Shown here piece by piece: positions 36,113 to 40,323 of a DNA stretch of 40,323 nt (position 1 is the first letter of the stretch; the number at the start of each line of letters is the position of its first letter). The translations under genes were made by a program, and so were the position numbers. A model generated the notes under the pieces. It did not search any database. It was given only the letters and a program-made list of their open reading frames with translations, and was not told where the DNA came from. Source of the stretch: Octopus bimaculoides (lineage: Eukaryota); the NCBI RefSeq assembly GCF_001194135.2, contig NC_068992.1, positions 42,846,486 through 42,886,808 of the forward strand. Direction: 5' to 3'.

Positions 36113-36294
36113 TTTCGTCTGCCGTTATGTTCTGAGTTCAAATTCCGCCGAGGTCGACTTTGCCTTTCATGCTTTCAGGGTCGATTAAATAAATACCAGT
36201 TACGCAATGGGGTCAATGTCATCGACTTAATACCTTTGTCTGTCCTTGTTTGTCCCCTCTATGTTTAGCCCCCTGTGGGCAATAAAGAAATAAA
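36105..36294 (+). mobile_element. SINE family A (type-2 tail), 5' part replaced by the minisatellite or gap
   Basis: gcggtatttcgtctgccgttatgttctgagttcaaattccgccgaggtcgac...agccccctgtgggcaataaagaaataa. Confidence 0.9.
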
Positions 36295-38433
36295 TATTCA
36301 TTTTTCGTAGAATAGAATGAGCCAGCCTGAAAGTAAGCACTTTATTCAAAGAACTAACACACATCTGCTTCAAGGATTTTAAACTACGACCTTATGATTG
36401 GAACAATTTGAAATGAATACCCTTGCACAAAGACACTAAGCACTGCCTGGTCCAAGAAGAGGTCACACTACGATAATGAACACAACATACCAACCAGCAG
36501 GCCACGCGTCTTCTCACTCGTTACTTAGTGTAGTTTTAATCCGACACCCCATTCACAATTTAACCTCTGCAACGATGGAAAACAAAAGTAAAAATCTACA
36601 CAGAATCTATCAACAGATTCAGAACAATGCTGACAAATAATTGATCTCATCTACAGACATCGCCATAAAAATTGTGTAACTACTAAAATGATGGAAATCT
36701 TCTTGAAAGCTCTGATTTATTTCAACTTTGTGTCCTTGAAAATAAATCTCACGTCCTCAGATGTCAGTTCGATAATATAGTTTGTATAGACCGCAGGTTG
36801 GAATGTCATTGCTGGAATGGCTAATGATACTCGATCAGAGGTAGACTTACGATCGTCACATATACATGCACATGCATGCAGAATTTAACATATAATGAAC
36901 AACAGTTGAGACACACACATAAGCATACACCTTATGATTTAAGATATAAATATTGAAAGATTTTTCATTAATATATTGTTTAAATACAATCGTATTACAT
37001 GCAAAACATCGTTCCACAGAAATTTGCGCATTTTCCCTTTCGCTACTTCATATGATTTTACTTCATATTACTCATCTCTCTCTCCCCATCTTTCTTTCTC
37101 TATTTGTGTCTTTTTCTCCTTGTCTCATTGGATTCTCACCCCTTTCTTCCCTTTTCTGTTCACACAATTTGGTTCATTTTCTTATCTCACGACTCTGATC
37201 GTTTTCGGAATAATTGATTATAAATTGATTTTAAAACGCAATAAAATGGATTTTTTTCTTTCACGATTCGGAATAAAACACAATATGGAGATAAATTACT
37301 ATGACAAGGATTGAAGGTTTTATTCAAATTCCTGCTGAGACTATTGTTTGGAACTTCATACGATTGATAATTTTTAATGTTCATATTCAAAGCTTAATAC
37401 AAATTATATTTTCCCAATTTCAATAATAATAAAAAAAAGAGCCAATATCTCATATCAGAAACTAATGCATATTCGTAAGCTTGTTAGATTACTGCTATGT
37501 TATGTTTTCAAATACGAAAAAGTGGCTCCGGAAACATTGCATTATTGGTAACGAAACAACAAAGATTTCCTTTGAGTAAATTACGTGTTTAAATTAGTCT
37601 AGCATAAAGAACGATTGTAACTGCTTATATATAACAATTATGTAACTATGAAAACTGGTAAGAAAATTAAGAAAAACATAAACGTTGTATTGGATTTATC
37701 AATACAGAGATTGTAAATCGAGAACAACAGTATTCGTCAGTGTAAGAAGAATATTAAAGAATATTTATATATGCTATGTTTACTGTGAAGAACTGTAGAT
37801 TATAAAACAGCAAAATTAGTAGTCCTTATCAGAAATATAAATTTGGCATCCGCGTAAAACCTGAATAGCAACATTATATTTTTATCGAAATAACAATGTG
37901 GACGATAAGTGTAGAGCTATATTGCTATATTCTAGGTATGATGGCCATTATATTCTGAGCATGGAGGTGTAGATCTGAAGATTTAATACCTCCCCAAGGA
38001 AGCTAATCTCCTGCAAATCTACCACAAACAAACCCTTTCCTCAAAACCTCTATTTTGGGTGCCAACAAGTGAGACTCTGTGTAGAAAACAAGTTCCAAGA
38101 AATATCAGTTAATTTCTCCGCAAAATTCATTTTACTGTCTCAAAAGTATGGAACGACGTAGTGGAAATACAGATTAGAAAAAATATATGATAAAGTTGTT
38201 TGGTGGTATTTAATTAAAGTATTCTTCGCTCAAGGCTGCCTGGTGTTAAGCATCTACAAGATGCAAGAAGTATACACTCCACATTCAGAACTGCACCATT
38301 TAGAATATTAGAAACTGGTGGGGGTGGCATCACAATATGATCCACGGTTTCCTTTTCATATCCGCAGAGAACAATGGGAATTTTATGGACATCAAAATAT
38401 GTCCTGCTTTTATGAAACGTCATCACGTGAGAC

Positions 38434-38631
38434 AGATGGCGAGATAGCAGAATCATTAGCACACCGGAAAAAATGCTTAGCGGCATTTCATCTGTCTTTA
38501 CGTTCTGTGTTCAATTTCCGCCGAGGTAGATTTTATCATTCATCTTTTCAAAGTACAAGTTGAGCACTGAAATCGATATAATCGACTTCTCTGAAATTGC
38601 TGGCTTTGTGGCAAAATTTGAAACGAATATT
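38434..38631 (+). mobile_element. SINE family A (type-3 tail)
   Basis: agatggcgagatagcagaatcattagc...gtgttcaatttccgccgagg...aaattgctggctttgtggcaaaatttgaaacg. Confidence 0.85.
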
Positions 38632-39596
38632 GAGTTCAATATGAAAATATTTCTAACACCAGTAAGATATAACACAGCATGCATCAATTTTACACGAGTC
38701 CTCTCGCCTACCAACTACGTATCGTCTACCAACTATGCAATCTAAATTTCACCCAGTGATCTTGCTCTACATTAATAGATAGCATTCATTGTTAAATATG
38801 GAATCCATGTCCATTTACGCTCTGATCTTTTTTGTTTGTCTGTTTGTTTGTTTACCAAAGCTATACACCAGAATGGAAGAGACAAGACATCACGTCCACT
38901 ATGTCATCTTTTCGGAGGAGCCTCTGTGGCTGAGAAATCACAACGAATCTTATGCTTATTGCACATTGATTGAACCCCGAAATGAGGAAAGTACGGAGTG
39001 ATCGTACTTTATCGCTGTAGTGGTGGATGAAAGGTTTTCTATCTGTTTGTGTTTCTATTAGGCTCAAGTTATGATTGCACTGTAAACTACAGTTTATAAA
39101 CTACAGTTTATATACATTTGCTGCAATACCAGACAAAGGATATCAATGTAAAAATTAGAGACTTAGAATGCAACATAGGCAATTTAAGAATCAAAAAAGC
39201 TATCTTAATAAGGTTAAAGTTTCATTAAACAAGTAACAAGATCAATATGAGACGGACTAGTTACTATAATAACGATTTGTTTGCGTACGTCACAGCCCTC
39301 TCCCAAACAAATGCAAACGTAGCATTTCTATATTATCTCCCATTCCTGCATGTGACCAAATAAAGGGAATCTAAACCCGAAATAGCTAAGGAACGCAACT
39401 TAAAATATTAACTGTTTTCCTTTTCTGTTTCCGCATATTTATTTCATTTGCATTTTGGTGGAATTTCAAAGATTTAAGCTACTCCACACCAAACACACCG
39501 GCACACACATATTTATCTATTCTGTCTATATATGTGTGTCTGTACTACCTGTGTATAGACATAGACAGATTAAATAGCTAGATACATTTATACAAA

Positions 39597-39680
39597 CATA
39601 CATGCATACATACATGGAAACATACATACATACATACATACATGCATACCTACCTACATACATACATACATACATACATA
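39597..39680. repeat. (CATA)n microsatellite
   Basis: Direct inspection. Confidence 0.9.
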
Positions 39681-40067
39681 TATGTTACATTCTAAATCCT
39701 TAAGTTTGTATTTGTATATTGTGGACTTCAAACAATGAAGCCTCAATTTGCTTATCGTGTTTTAAAATGGCTGAAAGTAACAATATATCGAAATATTTAA
39801 CTTGTTCGTGCAGATTTCTGGAATAACATTCACATTCTATTACATTCTGTTTGCACCATCGGAGACATAATTTTCTCACCGTTAAAATTTAATTAGCAGT
39901 ATATCAATTTCTCGATAGTGTTGACTTAGTGTTGTGTTGTAACAGACAAATATATTGAATAAATATGGCAACGGTACTTACATAGATTGCAGAAACTAGT
40001 GGTGCAGATAATCTTGTTTATTTTCTTTGCAATAGGTTTACATGTAGTAAGAGTGCAATATATAATA

Positions 40068-40297
40068 AGGCGGCGAGCAGGCAGAAACGTTAGCACGCCA
40101 GGCGAAATGCTTAACAGTATTTCGTCTGCCGCTACTTTCTGAGTTCAAATTCCACCGAGGTAGACTTTGACTTTGATCAATTCGGAGTCGATTAAATAAG
40201 TACCAGTTATGCACTGGGGTCGATATAATCGACTTAATCCGTTTGTATGTCCTTGTTTTTCCCCTCTGTGTGTAGCCCCTTGCGAGCAGTAAAGAAA
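40068..40297 (+). mobile_element. SINE family A (type-2 tail), full length, with 15-bp TSD
   Basis: aggcggcgagcaggcagaaacgttagc...gagttcaaattcc; direct repeat taagagtgcaatata at 40048-40062 and 40298-40312. Confidence 0.93.
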
Positions 40298-40323
40298 TAA
40301 GAGTGCAATATACATATATATAT

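Noticed and set aside
38214-38400. Minus-strand CGYEKETVDHIV, resembling the R4/Dong zinc knuckle
   Set aside because: Only a short motif match; the flanking sequence does not continue as LINE
1-40323. True tRNA genes, CRISPR arrays or prokaryotic defence systems
   Set aside because: All tRNA-like A/B-box sequences continue into SINE bodies and lack a cloverleaf 3' end; there is no repeat-spacer array, and the DNA is eukaryotic

Overview
Repeat-dense, AT-rich eukaryotic genomic DNA from a gapped short-read assembly. N-runs lie at about 781-1010, 1594-2297, 5705-6124, 11210-11219, 18937-18946, 28689-28943, 33171-33996, 34538-34646 and 35946-36047, most abutting microsatellites. The tRNA-SINE families and microsatellite density look like an octopus genome (inference from memory, not a search result). 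No host gene can be identified; only weak isolated exon candidates are seen. The window contains a complete but inactivated Tc1 (DD34E) transposon, several mariner-derived MITEs (one nested, one a long-arm foldback), a Helentron-type HINE and a Penelope GIY-YIG fragment. It also holds a CR1-group LINE tail, many tRNA-SINEs, a near-full-length R4/Dong-clade RLE LINE and 3' fragments of several other R4/Dong families. The most striking pattern is a retroelement community built on (AAT)n/(ATT)n microsatellites. R4/Dong LINEs and a ~0.5 kb non-coding, non-tRNA element sit in (AAT)n in their sense orientation and stack into each other's tails, while one tRNA-SINE family uses the same repeat from the opposite strand.
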